Source: Mobula hypostoma
Taxonomy: Eukaryota
Assembly: GCF_963921235.1 (NCBI RefSeq)
Contig: NC_086097.1
Span: 117,554,001 to 117,618,000 of the forward strand
Direction: 5' to 3'
DNA: 64,000 bases
Position 1 is the first letter of the stretch; every line of letters starts with the position of its first letter. Positions 51,171 to 63,042 of the stretch are shown one piece after another. The position numbers and the translations under genes were made by a program. The notes under the pieces were generated by a model. The model did no database searches and was not told the origin of the DNA. It saw only the letters and a program-made list of their open reading frames with translations.

Positions 51171-53129
51171 ACGAACAAACAAATGATCTTTTGTAATTAT
51201 TGTATGTTGCTTTTTGTTACATGTTGTGACGACATACCACAGCAAATTCCTCATATATTTAAATATATATGGCAAATAAAAATGATCCTTGATAAGGTCC
51301 TACATGGGAGGCTGACCAACAAAATTAAAGCTAATGGAAATGAAAGCCACATACTGACATGGACTGAGAACAGATCAAAATCAAGCCATGGGAATAACTG
51401 AGCCTTTCTGATGTTGCACACATTGACTCTCTGACACTGTACAGATCAGTGAATGTTCAGATGAAATACCATGTGAAGACATGCAGTAATCTACTTTGAT
51501 GTGGAAAACAAACAAGGAAAGGCGGCCGACTGGGAAATGTTGTTGTTCTAGGGCCCCAGGGTGTCCTGGCACCCAGGTCACTGAAAACTCCTGCACAGTT
51601 AGAACAAGCAGTGCAGAAAACAAATGGGTTTCTTGTCTCTAAAATGGAGAAAATTTGAGACCACAAATAACAATGACATTTTTACTGTAGTTAAAGTGGA
51701 CCTCAATGAGATGATACCTGGAATATTATATAGACTTTTGCTCTCCTTACCTAAAAGAAAATGTTCTTGCCATTGAAGGAGACAATGAAGATTCATCAAA
51801 CAGATTTCCAGGATGGTGCATTTACTCTATTAGGAGATCTCCATTGTGTAGGGTTAAAAAGAATGAAGGATGGCAGCATTGCAATGTTCATGGTGAGAAG
51901 GTTTTTTTCTGGGTAAAGAGCCCAGATTACCTCTCAAAGTCTAACCCTATGTCCCCATCATGAGAGGTGGAAATGGGTGAGGCCAACTAACAGGGCTCCA
52001 GTGAAGCTGGAAAGATCAATCCCCTGAGCAGTGTATACAACAGATTACAGAAACATTGATGAATTCCAACCATGCCATTGATTTTGGACGATGGAGGCAG
52101 GAGGTCATCAATGGCCTAGGCTCCACTGTGAGCTAAGGGCCCAAAAAGATAAAAGAGCTCAGAATGAGTCATCACATCTTCAAAATGAAGGATGGACTGT
52201 TTAGGAATGAGATGAGGAGAAAGAAGGTAGTGAATCTTTGGAATTCTCTACCCACAGACACTTAGTTCAAACAAAACTAACAGTAATTGAAAATTTATGG
52301 ACCTTAATAGAATCACTGCTAGTGCAGGAAAATGGCAGTGAAGTAGATCAATCATGATCTTAATGTGTGGAAAAGCATATTCAAAGGGACAGGCAGCTTA
52401 CTCCTGCTTCTAATTTTTGTGTTCTTATGTTCTTAACTAGGGAGTAATGTTAATGATTATAATTGATTTAGGCCTATGCCTAATTAGCTTAACTTCTTGG
52501 GCTGTTGCTAAGTGGTCAGATAACCACATGAAATAAAACCAGATTCCTGAACTAGATTGCCAGTTGGAGTTTGCAAAGGACAGGCAATGACTAACATTTC
52601 AAAGCTAGGTGCAGGCCTTATGGCCTACGATATCCAAAACCGAACACATTAATCAAATTCTCTGCCAGCTCGTGGTCTGTATCCTTCCATCTTCTGCCTG
52701 TCCATGTGCTTGTCCAAATGCTTCTTAAACATTACTGTTTGCACTTCACCTGGCAACAACTATTTCTATGTAAAACAAGATGCCACATAAATTTAATATA
52801 AATCCCAACTCCCACTCCATCCTTAAAGCAATGCCCTCAACTATTTGATATTTTCACCTTGAGAAAAAGATTGCCTTGTGAGGCTAAGCCAACAATAAAA
52901 AAAAGAGCACAAACTAGAATTTTAATTGCAAAATTATGATTTTATTCATATTAAGTAATAAAATTTAAATGAAAATATCAAGCTCTAAAGAAGTTATTTA
53001 CGTATTAAGTGCTGCCAATTGCTTACAGGTCCTCCATGTATATGAGGCACAAATGCATCCAGGCTGGCAGGAATATGCAGTGTGGAAAGTAGGCAACAAA
53101 ATATACAAACTGCTGAAGGAACTCACAAG

Positions 53130-53256
53130 ATAGACTGCAGGCACTAGAAATCTGGATCAACACACAAAATGCTGGCGGAACTCAGGAGGTCAGGCAGCCT
53201 CTGTGGAGGGAAATGGACAGTCAACATTTCAGATCGAGACCCTTCCTCAGGTCGGA
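53130..53256 (-). mobile_element. Old Penelope-type 3' end with a degenerate hammerhead motif
   Basis: Minus strand GAC CTGAGGA AGGGTCTCGATCT GAAA TGTT GACTG, followed by ..gctgcctgacctcctgagttcc, homologous to 36130-36250. Confidence 0.7.
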
Positions 53257-53630
53257 GAACATACTGAAGAGATGGTCAACATAGAAATGAGAGGAAGATA
53301 AATAAGAGAGGGAGTAAGAATGGTAGTGCATGTGATGGAGCCAGGTAGAGAGACTGTCAGAAACTGGGAGTTGATAAGTGGAGTCACGAGGCTGCAGATA
53401 CTGTAACCTGAAAAGTGAGCAAGGTGAGAGTTCGTGTTAGATAAGGGGGAGATATTGATGCCACTTCTGCCACCAAATGCAATAAGCTGTCATGGTACGG
53501 TCTGTGAAGTCCGTATTCTGGTTCTCGGTCCGGTCCATTGATCGACCCTTGCTCCAGGTTTTCCAGTCTACCCTGTTTCTGTTCTTGTAGAGCTCTAATT
53601 GAGGCAGCTGATACTCGTTGGGGCTGGCTG

Positions 53631-53638
53631 CATAAATA
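53631..53638 (+). promoter_or_regulatory. TATA-like box of the LTR
   Basis: CATAAATA conserved in all three LTR copies (~17074, 53631, ~54886), ~31 nt upstream of the PBS-complementary segment. Confidence 0.6.
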
Positions 53639-54083
53639 CATTCAGAGACCAGAGCACAGCTGCTGGATTGTTCTTGTCCTTACTCCTTGTATCCCTTCCT
53701 CTGCCTTCTGTTTCCTCGCCTGAAGCACTGCCTTGTCTTGCCGGTAACTCTCGCCTCACTTGAATTCTCGTCTCGCCTTGCATTGCGTGAAGCCTTGCCT
53801 TGTCTTGCTGGTAACTCCCGCCTCGTCTTTCCTGCAGTCTTGTCCTGGAGCCACTCTGTACCTAGCTCCCTTCCTGTCCCTTGCCTCCATCCAGGTAAGC
53901 CAGGCAGTCTTGCCATTACCTGCGGTTGGTTCTGTCCCTTCCTGTCCCTTGCCACCGTCGTTTCTGTCCCTTCTTGTCCCTTGCTTCTGTCGGGTGGTTA
54001 TCCGTGCCCTGCCGAGGAGTACCGCGCCCTGCTCAGGAGTACCGTGCCCTGCTCAGGAGAACTGCGCCCTGCCCAGGAGGAGC

Positions 54084-54290
54084 CTCCAGCCTCCTGCCTA
54101 GCCTCAAGCCTGCAGACTCCAGCCTCTTGCCTAGCCTCAAGCCTGAAGACCCCAGCCTCCTGCCTAACCTCAAGACTGAAGACTCCAGCCTCCTGCCTAG
54201 CCTCAAGCCTGAAGACTCCAGCCTCCTGCCTCCTGCCAAGCCTTGCCTCTGGCTCTAGCCTCAAGCCTGAAGATTGCAGCCTTCTTCCTC
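54084..54290 (+). repeat. 33-bp VNTR within the LTR (CTCCAGCCTCCTGCCTAGCCTCAAGCCTGAAGA)
   Basis: About 5 units (PASCLASSLKT repeats in the ORF track), preceded by ~21-bp GTACCGCGCCCTGCTCAGGAG units at 54003-54080. Confidence 0.9.
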
Positions 54291-56374
54291 CTTCCAAGCC
54301 TCGCCTCAAGTCACCTAGACTCCAGCCTCGTCCTGCCTGCCAGTCAGGCCTCATCCTTGCCTAGTTCTGGGGTCCGAGCCAGAGGCAAGACCCATGTTCT
54401 GGATCCTTGTCCAATCTCTGGCTCAGAGTTCAAGCCCGCGCTCCCAGCTCTCTTCTCCAGTCCTGTTCCGGGTTCCTGGTTTTCGTGTCCATGTCCTTGC
54501 CCTCACCCTATATCCTAGTCCTGTCCCTTGTCCTTCAGTGTCTGTGTCTTGCACTTGGGTCCGTTCCCAGTCACCCGCCTTATGACAGAACAATCCAGCC
54601 ACCCATGGACCCAGCGACACAGACACTGTTATTTTCCTCTTGCCACCTGGGGTTCATTTCTGTTAAATACCCTCCCACCCGCCTGGGTCATCCATAGTCT
54701 GGATACTCTGTTTGGTTGCCAGGAGGCTCTCATTGAGGAGGGGTACTGTCATGGTCCGGTCCGTGAAGTCCATATTCCAGTTCATGGTCTGGTCCATCGA
54801 CCCTTGCTCCAGGTTTTCCTGTCTACCCTGTTTCTGTTCTTGTTGAGCTCTAATTGAGGCAGCTGATGCTCATTGGGGCTGGCTGCATAAATACCTTCAG
54901 AGACCAGGGTGTGGCTGCTGGATTGTTCTTGTCCTTACTCCTTGTATCCCTTCCTCTGCCTTCTGTTTCCTCGCCTGAAGCCCTGCCTTGTCTTGCCAGT
55001 AAATCTCACTTCACCTGAAGTTCTCGTCTCACCTTGCATTGTGTGAAGCCTTGCCTTGTCTTGCTGGTAACTTTTGCCTCGTCTTGCCTGAAGTCTTGCC
55101 CTGGAGCCACCCTGTACCCAGCTCCCTTCTTATCCCTTGCCTCTGCTCAGGTAAACCAGGTTGTCTTGTCGTTACCTGCGGTTGGTTCTGTCCCTTCTGG
55201 TCATTTGCCTCCGTCGGGTAAGCCAGACCGCATTGTCGATACCTGCGGTTGGTTTTGTCACTTCCTGTCCCTTGCCTCTGCTGGGTGGTTATCCACACCC
55301 TGCCCAGGAGGAGCTTCCAGCCTCCTACCTAGCTTCAAGCCTGAAGACTCCAGCCTCCTGCCTAGCCTCAAGCCTGAAGACTCCTGCCTCCTGCCTCCTT
55401 CTCCTGCCAAGCCTTGCCTCTGGCCTCTAGCCTCTAGCCTGAAGACTCCAGACTCCTGCATCCTGCCAAGCCTCACCTTAAGTCTCTGGCGTCTAGCCTC
55501 AAGCCTCAAGTCTCCAGCCTCCTGCCTCCTGCCAACTCTCACCTCTAGTCTCTGGCCTCTAGCCTCAAGCCTCAAGTCTCCAGCCTCTTGCCTCCTGCCA
55601 AGCCTCATGTCAAGTCTCCTGCCTCCTGCCAAGCCTCATGTCAAGTCTCCTGCCTCCTGCCAAGCCTCACCTCAAGTCACCTAGACTCCAGCCTCGTCCT
55701 GCCTGCCAGCCAGGCCTCATCTTTGCCTAGTTCTGGGGTCCGAGCCAGAGGCAAGACCTAGGTTCTGGGTCCTTGTCCAGTCTCTGGCTTGGAGTTCAAG
55801 CCCGGGCTCCTAGCTCTCTTGTCCAGTCCTGTTCTGGGTTCCGGGTTTTCGTGTCCATGTCCTTGCCCTTACCCTGTATCCTAGTCCGGTCTCTAGTCCT
55901 TCAGTGTCTGTGTCTTGCACTTGGGTCTGTTCCCAGCCATCTGCCTTATGACATAAGCATATATAACAGTTCATCTCTGTGCAACAGGAGAATACACAGC
56001 ATGGTACAATGTTTTATTATTTCTTACATTATAATTGCACATTGGTAAAATATTATTGTGTATATTATTATCCTGTAATTTATTATTGGTTAAGTCTGCA
56101 CATGGCTAAGTGTGTCTTTAAATGTTGCTGCTGTAATGAAAGTATCTTCCACTCAGAATCAATAAAGTACTTAGTATTATTATTATTAAAAGTCAGTAAC
56201 ATATGCATGGCTTGTCGATGGGATCTGTTCCTCCTCGCAGAATCTATCCTTCACAATGAATGGAAAACCAAACCTGTGAGGCTTACATAGGCTATAGAGT
56301 CAGGTAATTTGCAGTCACCTACATTGAGGTCCCCGTTACATTATGTGCATTCCCCACAATCTTCAAAGTTCAAA

Positions 56375-57005
56375 AGTGCAATAAGTTCGAAGTTCAGAGT
56401 AAAATTCATTATCAGAGTACATGCATGTCACCACATACAATGTGAGATTCTTTTTTCTGTGGGCATACTTAGCAAATCTATAGAACAGTAACTGTAAACA
56501 GGATCAATGGACAACAAGCTGTGCAGATGCAGATATAAATAAATAGCAATATGTACTGAGCATCAATTAGCAGGAAAAGGAGTCGTTAAAGAACATCAGT
56601 TGTGGAAACACCAGAAATAGAATGAATGTAGTTATCCCCTTTTGTTCAAGAGCCAGATGATTGAGGGGTAGTAACTGTCCCTGAACCTGAGGCACATGTA
56701 TCTTCTGCCTGATGGCTGCAATGAGAAAAGAGCATAGCCTGGGTGGTGAGGTTCTTTGATGCCAGATGCTGCTTTTCTATGTCAATGTTTTATGTAGATG
56801 TGCTCAATGGTTGTGATGGTTTTACCCGTGATGCACTAGGCCAAATCCACTATCTTTTGGCAGATTTTCCACTGAAAGGCCTTGGTGTTCCCATACCAGG
56901 CTGTAATGCAGCCAGTCAGCACACTTTTCACCACACATCGATAGAAGTTTGCCAGGGTTTTTGATGCAATGCCAAATGTCTGCAGACTGGTGGAAGTATC
57001 TGTAA
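56375..57005 (-). mobile_element. Degraded Rex1-like 3' end
   Basis: KTLANFYRCVVKSVLTGCITAWYGN in ORF 56836..57054(-). Confidence 0.8.
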
Positions 57006-58334
57006 AGCTGAGGGGTCTTGGTTTCTCTACCAGTTTTCCACTTCCTGATTGCAATTACTTCATTTCCTATCACCCTATTGTGAATCCAGCTAAAACCCAC
57101 AATACACCACAATTCGAGACCCATTGCCACAATCTTTGAGGTCTTGATTTCCTATTGACTCATGCTTTGATGACACACTGGCATCCTACCCCAAAGATCT
57201 CCCACCCATGATCTATCCTATAACTGGCTCCCCACCTGAGTTCATCTACTTGGTCAATCATTACCTTAGCACTTCAGTAGAGTGAGACAGGCTCCCAGTA
57301 ATCAAACATGAAAATCAAAGGAATACAATTTTGGAAGAAATCATGAATAAATTTCAACTCCTTCATGTTTTAGTATCCAACAGACAAAGCTTCATTTTAG
57401 CTATAATGTACATTATCATTAATTCACAGCTACATTTTTATCTGTGTTACAATTATTTTGATAATTTCTGTAAACTTATTTTCAAATATTAGCAAGTATT
57501 TAGAAACCTTTACTTTTGTTTAGTCAACATTAAATAAAATAAAAATTATGTCTCTACCATCCAAAAGTGAAGACAGCAGAACTCCCGCTGAGTACAAGGC
57601 TGCGCAGATTTAATGTTCCGGGAATGAAAGGGCTGACATACAAGAAGTGTTTGGCAGCTTTGGGCCTGAACCCACAGGAGTTTAGAACAATGCAGGGGGA
57701 ATCTCATTCTTGGTGGGGGCCAAGTCTGTGTGTATATTTAAGGTGGAAGTTGATCGTTTCCTTATTGGTCAGAGCATCAAAGGATATGGCAAGAAGGCCA
57801 TATGAGGTTGAGTGGAATCCAAGATCAGCCATGATGGAATGGTGGAGCAGACTCAATGGGCTGAATTGCCTAATTCTGCTCCTATGTCTTATGATCTTAT
57901 GATCTTATGATGTATCTGATATAATCTCAGCAGCATATCCTGCCAGCATCAATATCTGCACTATCAATACTCACATAGTAATATCAGTATTAGGAACTTC
58001 TGCTATCTAAAATTTGAAAGAACTTGAAATTCTCATAAATGCTTATGTTCCCATCAAATTAAATCACTGCAGGTATTTACACTCCTAATTATCCAATCTT
58101 GTAGCCATGTTTGAGAAATCACAGAAGAACAGAAATACACGTTGATTAGTAACAGAAACTCAAAATAGTTGCTGGATCAAGTTTCATTCTCAAATTTGTT
58201 TTGCATGTTTTTTTCCTTGTTTTCTAACTATTTATTTCCTACCTGTAAAACTTCCTAACAGCACGAGGTAATGTTTCAGCTCTATAAACCCCTTATTGGA
58301 CCCCTCTTGGAATATAGTGTTCTTCTCTGGTCAG

Positions 58335-58800
58335 CTCACTGTAGGAAGGATGTAGAAGCTTTGGGGAGGGTGAGGATGCAGAGGAGATTTAACAGGATGC
58401 TGCCTGGAGTGAAAGGAGATGAGTGGTGACCTGATAGAGCTGCACCAGGTAATACGAAGCTCAGGTCAAGTAGACAGCCAGATACTTTTTCTCTTAGAGC
58501 AGAAATGGCTATTACAAGAGGGCATAATTTTAATGAGATTGGAGGAATATTTAAGAAGGATGTCAGAGATAAGTTCTCTACACAGAGAGTGGTAGATGCA
58601 TGCAGAACCCTGCCAGGGGTGGTGGTAGAGGCAGATAAATTAAACACATTTAAGAAACACTTAGATAGGCATGTGAATGATGGAAAAATAGAGGGTTATG
58701 CACGACAGAAACCTTAGATTGATCTTACAGTAGATTACAAAGTCAGCACAGCATCGTGGGTCTGTACCATGCTGTAATATACACACTATGTTCTCTGTTC
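58335..58800 (+). mobile_element. CR1 3' fragment
   Basis: TRGHNF..GGIFKKDVRDKFSTQRVVDA..LP.VVVEAD....FKKHLDRH. Confidence 0.85.
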
Positions 58801-59419
58801 TTTATTCTGGTTTTGTTCCAGTTGAGATTCCATTCGGCCATGTGGTACCATTTTTCACAACAAACTCTGGACTAGCTAATGACACTCGTTTCCTGGAATT
58901 TGGATTGCAAAAAAAGATATGATGGCTGACAATGAAAACTAGGAAATGAGTTCCAAAACGCACTTGTATATGTTTGAGGGGGCATGCACAGGAAAACATT
59001 TGTTAAAAGGACTTGCATGTACAGAGCTATAAAATGCTGGCAGCATTCAGTCATGAAATCATTGACAGAATTGCACAGCTACAGAGAATGGAAATAGGTC
59101 ATTTGCAGTACAGTACATCCAGACAGACCAGGAGGCATTTAATAAAGTGGTCACTCAGTGTAAATATTTATCAGCTTTTTTTTTCTGGGCTTTGATGTTG
59201 TATTTGTATGTTGTTTACCAGGACTTTAGCAAGGCCTTCAACAGGAAGCCCTCGATTCTGACAGCAGAACCCATGTGCAATCGTATATTTTGGTGAGCTT
59301 TCATACACCAGAAGACTTTGCATCTCACTTCTATGTTTTAAATTTGAAGATTTTATCAGTCATTATGAGTAGCTACAAATATAGGAAAGGATGAAAGAGT
59401 CATTTCAGCCCAGCACATC

Positions 59420-59770
59420 TGAACTTCCCATGATTCAGGACATTTACAAAGACAGGTACGAAAAAAAGGGCCCGAAAGATTATTGGGGACCCGAGTCACC
59501 CCAACCATAACCTATTCCAGCTGCTATCATCCGGGAAATGGTACCGCAGCATAAAAGCCAGGACCAATCAGGCTCCGGGACAGTTTCTTCCACCAGGCCA
59601 TCAGACTGATGAACTCATGCTGATTTGAGTGCATTTCTATGTTACATTGACTGTTCTACTTACTATAAATTACTATGATTGCACATCGCACATTTAGATG
59701 CAGATATAACGTAAAGATTTTTACTCCTCATGTATGTGAAGGACGTAAGAAATAAAGTCAATTCAATTCA
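59420..59770 (+). mobile_element. Rex1-like LINE 3' end
   Basis: IIGDPSHPNHNLFQLL.SGKWYRSIKART..LRDSFFHQAIRLMNS; aataaag followed by a tcaat tandem tail. Confidence 0.8.
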
Positions 59771-59844
59771 ACCATTTTATCCTCTAAAAGGGAGAGATGT
59801 ATTTCTTAGATACTAAAAGTAACCAAGGGAAAAGACCTGCCATA

Positions 59845-60385
59845 CACTTTGTGGCCACTTAATAAGGTACCTCCCCCTCTACATAATGAAGAGGCCACTG
59901 AGTGCATGTTTGTGATTCTCTGTTGCTGCAGACCATGCATTTCATGGTTCAACATGTCATTTCTTCAGAGATTTCTTCTTCACAACAGTGTTGTGCTACA
60001 GGGTTATCTGAGTAATTTCTGCCTTCCTGTCAGCTTGAACGTCTGGCTATTCTCCTCTGAACTCTCTCATTAACAAGGTGTTTTTGCCCACAGGACTGAC
60101 ATTCACAGGATGTTTTTTGGTTTCTTGCACCATTCTCTGTAAACTGTAGAGACTGTGGTGCGTAAAGATCCCAGCAGATCAGCAGTTTCTGAGATAATCA
60201 CACCACCCTGTATGGCATCAACAATCACTCTACGGTTAAAATCACTTACATCACATTTCTTCTTCATCCTGATGTTTGGTTTGAACAATTCTACCTCATG
60301 ACCATGTCTGCATGCTTTGCTGCCAGATGAAAGGCTGACAAGATATTTGCATTAACAAGCAGGTGTGCATGTGAAGTGTCACTAA
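59845..60385 (-). mobile_element. Tc1-like non-autonomous element
   Basis: MKKKCDVSDFNRRVIVDAIQGGVIISETADLLGSLRTTVSTVYREWC. Confidence 0.82.
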
Positions 60386-61344
60386 GTATATGTGAGAGAA
60401 GTATGAAATGCATACTTATACCATCTACAACTTGTGAAGTAAATACAACCATGGGATGAGTCATAAATGAGTGGGAGGGTCAGGTGGAGCAGGACCTTGG
60501 CTGACAGGCACATCACTCATCCTGAGAAATCTACAGAGACCAAAATTATTGGATATTGCAGGATGAAAATATCTTTTTCCATTTCTAGCATCTAATACAA
60601 AGTGTAGATGCAGGGGAAGGGAAAAAAAACAGATCATCCCACAATTACTTTTATAGTTCTGCTAGGGATGGGATATTTAATTCTTTAGAAGTCTTCACTG
60701 GCTCTGGAATTGCTAATTGTCTGATGCGCACATGGAACAGTGATGTCTCATCACAACTACGACTCACTCATGACCAATTGCCTAAATGGAAAGGCGGAAT
60801 TAATAATCCAGTGAACAGACGTTCAAATCCCACAATGAGATATTGAGAGTTTTAATTCACTTTAATAAATCTGGGACTGGAAAAAAACACTATTCATAAA
60901 AGCTATCATTAAGATGTCAGATTGTTATAGTAACACAAATAGTACACTGGTACCCTATTGGGAAGAAAGCATGTTGCTCTTGCAAAGTATGGCCTTGAAG
61001 AATTGACAGTGGAGATGATGCACGCATTTGGTCATGATCTTCCAAAATCCCACAACTTCAATGAAGATCCCAACAGAATAGAAAGCAACTGAAGTTCCAT
61101 AGCGTTTCTGAAAGGAAGGCAGGGGAAACAAGGAGACTTTTGACGTAGTAGCCTAACATGCAGAATGTTTTGTGAACAGTGATCTTATTTCAATGAATAT
61201 TACTGTGCTTCTGGTTAAAGATAAGACTTGTCCATGGGGGAGGCTAATAACAGCAATATTAAGAAGAAAATGAGTAAAGGAGTTTTCAAAGATCTAAAGA
61301 CTCAAAGTATATTTTTTTTATTATCAAAGAATGTATAAATTACA

Positions 61345-61873
61345 TGTAGGGGGGTTCTCAGTAATGTTAACTGATGAGGTAATGTTTCTCTGTAGCTGCG
61401 ATGTTTGGGTTATAACTACAGATAACGGGGAACTAACCAATAGAAGTGATATTATTCTATATCGTATCTGTGGGAACCGGAGTTAGTGTGTGGGCCTTTC
61501 GACGAGGAGAAGAGAAGAGGACGGACGCGTGTGGAACGCTCCAGTAGACAACTGGGGGTGGTCCCAGCCGAGGGTCGACAGAGTTCGGAGGAGATCGATT
61601 GGTGAAAAGGAGACCTGGTTCCGTGAGCTCCAACGAATTATTTTGTGCACAAAACTGATAAATGTACTGAGTGGCGCCTTTGTTTTATTTGTTTCTACTA
61701 ACCACACCACCAAAAAAAGCTATAAAGTGTAATAATTAAATCGTACATTGTGTACTGACTGATATTTTATGTTGTGGGCTTGTACCGGGGTGCATTACAC
61801 AGCATCTACGCAAATGGCGGGCAGATGGCCGTTTCCCGAAGACGAACGTGAGTTGATCGAGCCAAGTGTTACA
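61345..61873 (+). mobile_element. Solo LTR (529 bp)
   Basis: TGTA...TACA termini; near-TSD TACA/TATA; CpG-richer than its flanks; interrupts a LINE 3'-tail repeat. Confidence 0.7.
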
Positions 61874-62499
61874 TATACAACCTTGCAGTTTGTCTGCTTA
61901 CAGGCAGTCACAAAGCAAGAAAGCCCCCAAAAAATAAAATATATAAACAAAAATAAAGACTAAGCCCCGACGCGCAATGAAAGAGGAAAAAAAAAATCAC
62001 AAATCATGCAAGTAACAGAAGCGAACGACAACAGTAGCATGCTGAGCCAAACTTAGATCCAAGTCATCGGAACAGCCCTGAGTAGGCCCAAAGCCTCAGT
62101 ATCATTTCACCATATTAGCAGACAAATCACCGCAAAGTTCGCAGATATGATGCGCAGCAGCTGGGGGCAGTCTCACAGCCTCAGCGTTGTGGAGAGAGGA
62201 GTTAACATCGTAGGAGAGTGAGTGAAGTCACACCGACTCTCATCACCCTCCCTCTCCAGTCCATCTGGTCCAACGTTTAAATTGTCCAAACAGTGGATTA
62301 TACCTCACTTTCAGATCTGGGCTCTGCCATGGTGAATCATTCTGGGACTAGAACTTGCTGCCCAGCAGTTCACTTCAGGCCTAGATTTCACTGCTGAAGA
62401 AGGACTTCTCGGCCTCTCCAAACTGGCTTAGGGTTTAGAATGATCTTGCCTCGCAGCTGGGTTAGTTGGACGGTCATCAAAGCCCCTTTTCAAGTAACA

Positions 62500-62663
62500 C
62501 ACAAAATTCTGGAGGAACTCAGCAGGTTATGCAGCATCTATGGAGAAGAATCATCATCAGAATTGTTTATTCCTCTCCATAGATGCTGCCTGACCTGCTG
62601 AGTTCCTCTAGCATTTGGTTAGCATTACTCTGGATTTCTAGCATCTGTAGAATCTCTTGTGTC
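62500..62663. repeat. Fold-back made of two inverted Penelope-type 3' ends
   Basis: Arm 62509-62551 is the near reverse complement of 62569-62611. Confidence 0.8.
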
Positions 62664-63042
62664 TATAAATAGATTTGGAACAAGTGTCCAGGGGTAAATT
62701 CACACCTAACATTTGGGGATCTTTTAATGGCCAGCTGGTTATAGATCAAGACCCTTGTGTTCCTATGAGGAGAAAGAATAGTCTGGAAATGTTCAGAGAC
62801 TTGGATGACAGATGTAAACATACTGTAAGAGAAAAAAGGATACTTATATAAAGTTAAGGAAGCTTAAAGAAGACAACACCCTTGAGGAATTTAAAGGAGT
62901 AAAAAAAATCATTCAATAAACAATTAGGAGAATGAAAACTGTCCTTGCAAGTAGGATTAAGAGGAATCTCAAGTCAGTTTATCTGCATATTAAGAACAAG
63001 AGGGTAACTAGGAAAAGATTGGTCCACTCAAGGATGAAAGAG

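Larger units (their letters stand above)
53488..55953 (+). mobile_element. Complete non-autonomous LTR retrotransposon: 5' LTR 53488-54587, 159-bp internal region, 3' LTR 54747-55953 (Tf1/sushi-like)
   Basis: Both LTRs TGTCAT...ATGACA; TSD TAAGC (53483-87 and 55954-58); PPT GAGGAGGGG-TAC just before the 3' LTR; internal region starts GAACAATCCAGCCACCC-ATGGACCCAGCG (MDPA). Confidence 0.95.

Noticed and set aside
50655..51401. 248-aa ORF
   Set aside because: Chance read-through across a CR1 remnant, a SINE-like insert and more CR1.
53650..53660. Block difference AGCACAG vs GGTGTGG between 5' and 3' LTR as evidence of a chimera
   Set aside because: Explained by opposite-strand CpG decay of an ancestral GGCGCGG.
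53687..55684. Long repetitive ORFs (225 aa, 216 aa and overlapping frames), also 17439-17898
   Set aside because: They lie inside LTR VNTRs with unit lengths that are multiples of 3 and a pyrimidine-rich strand that is poor in stop codons. Open in several frames and on both strands, so not a gene.
58800..58925. Possible terminal exon after ttctggttttgttccag
   Set aside because: Only ~33 codons, no recognisable protein and no supporting upstream exons.
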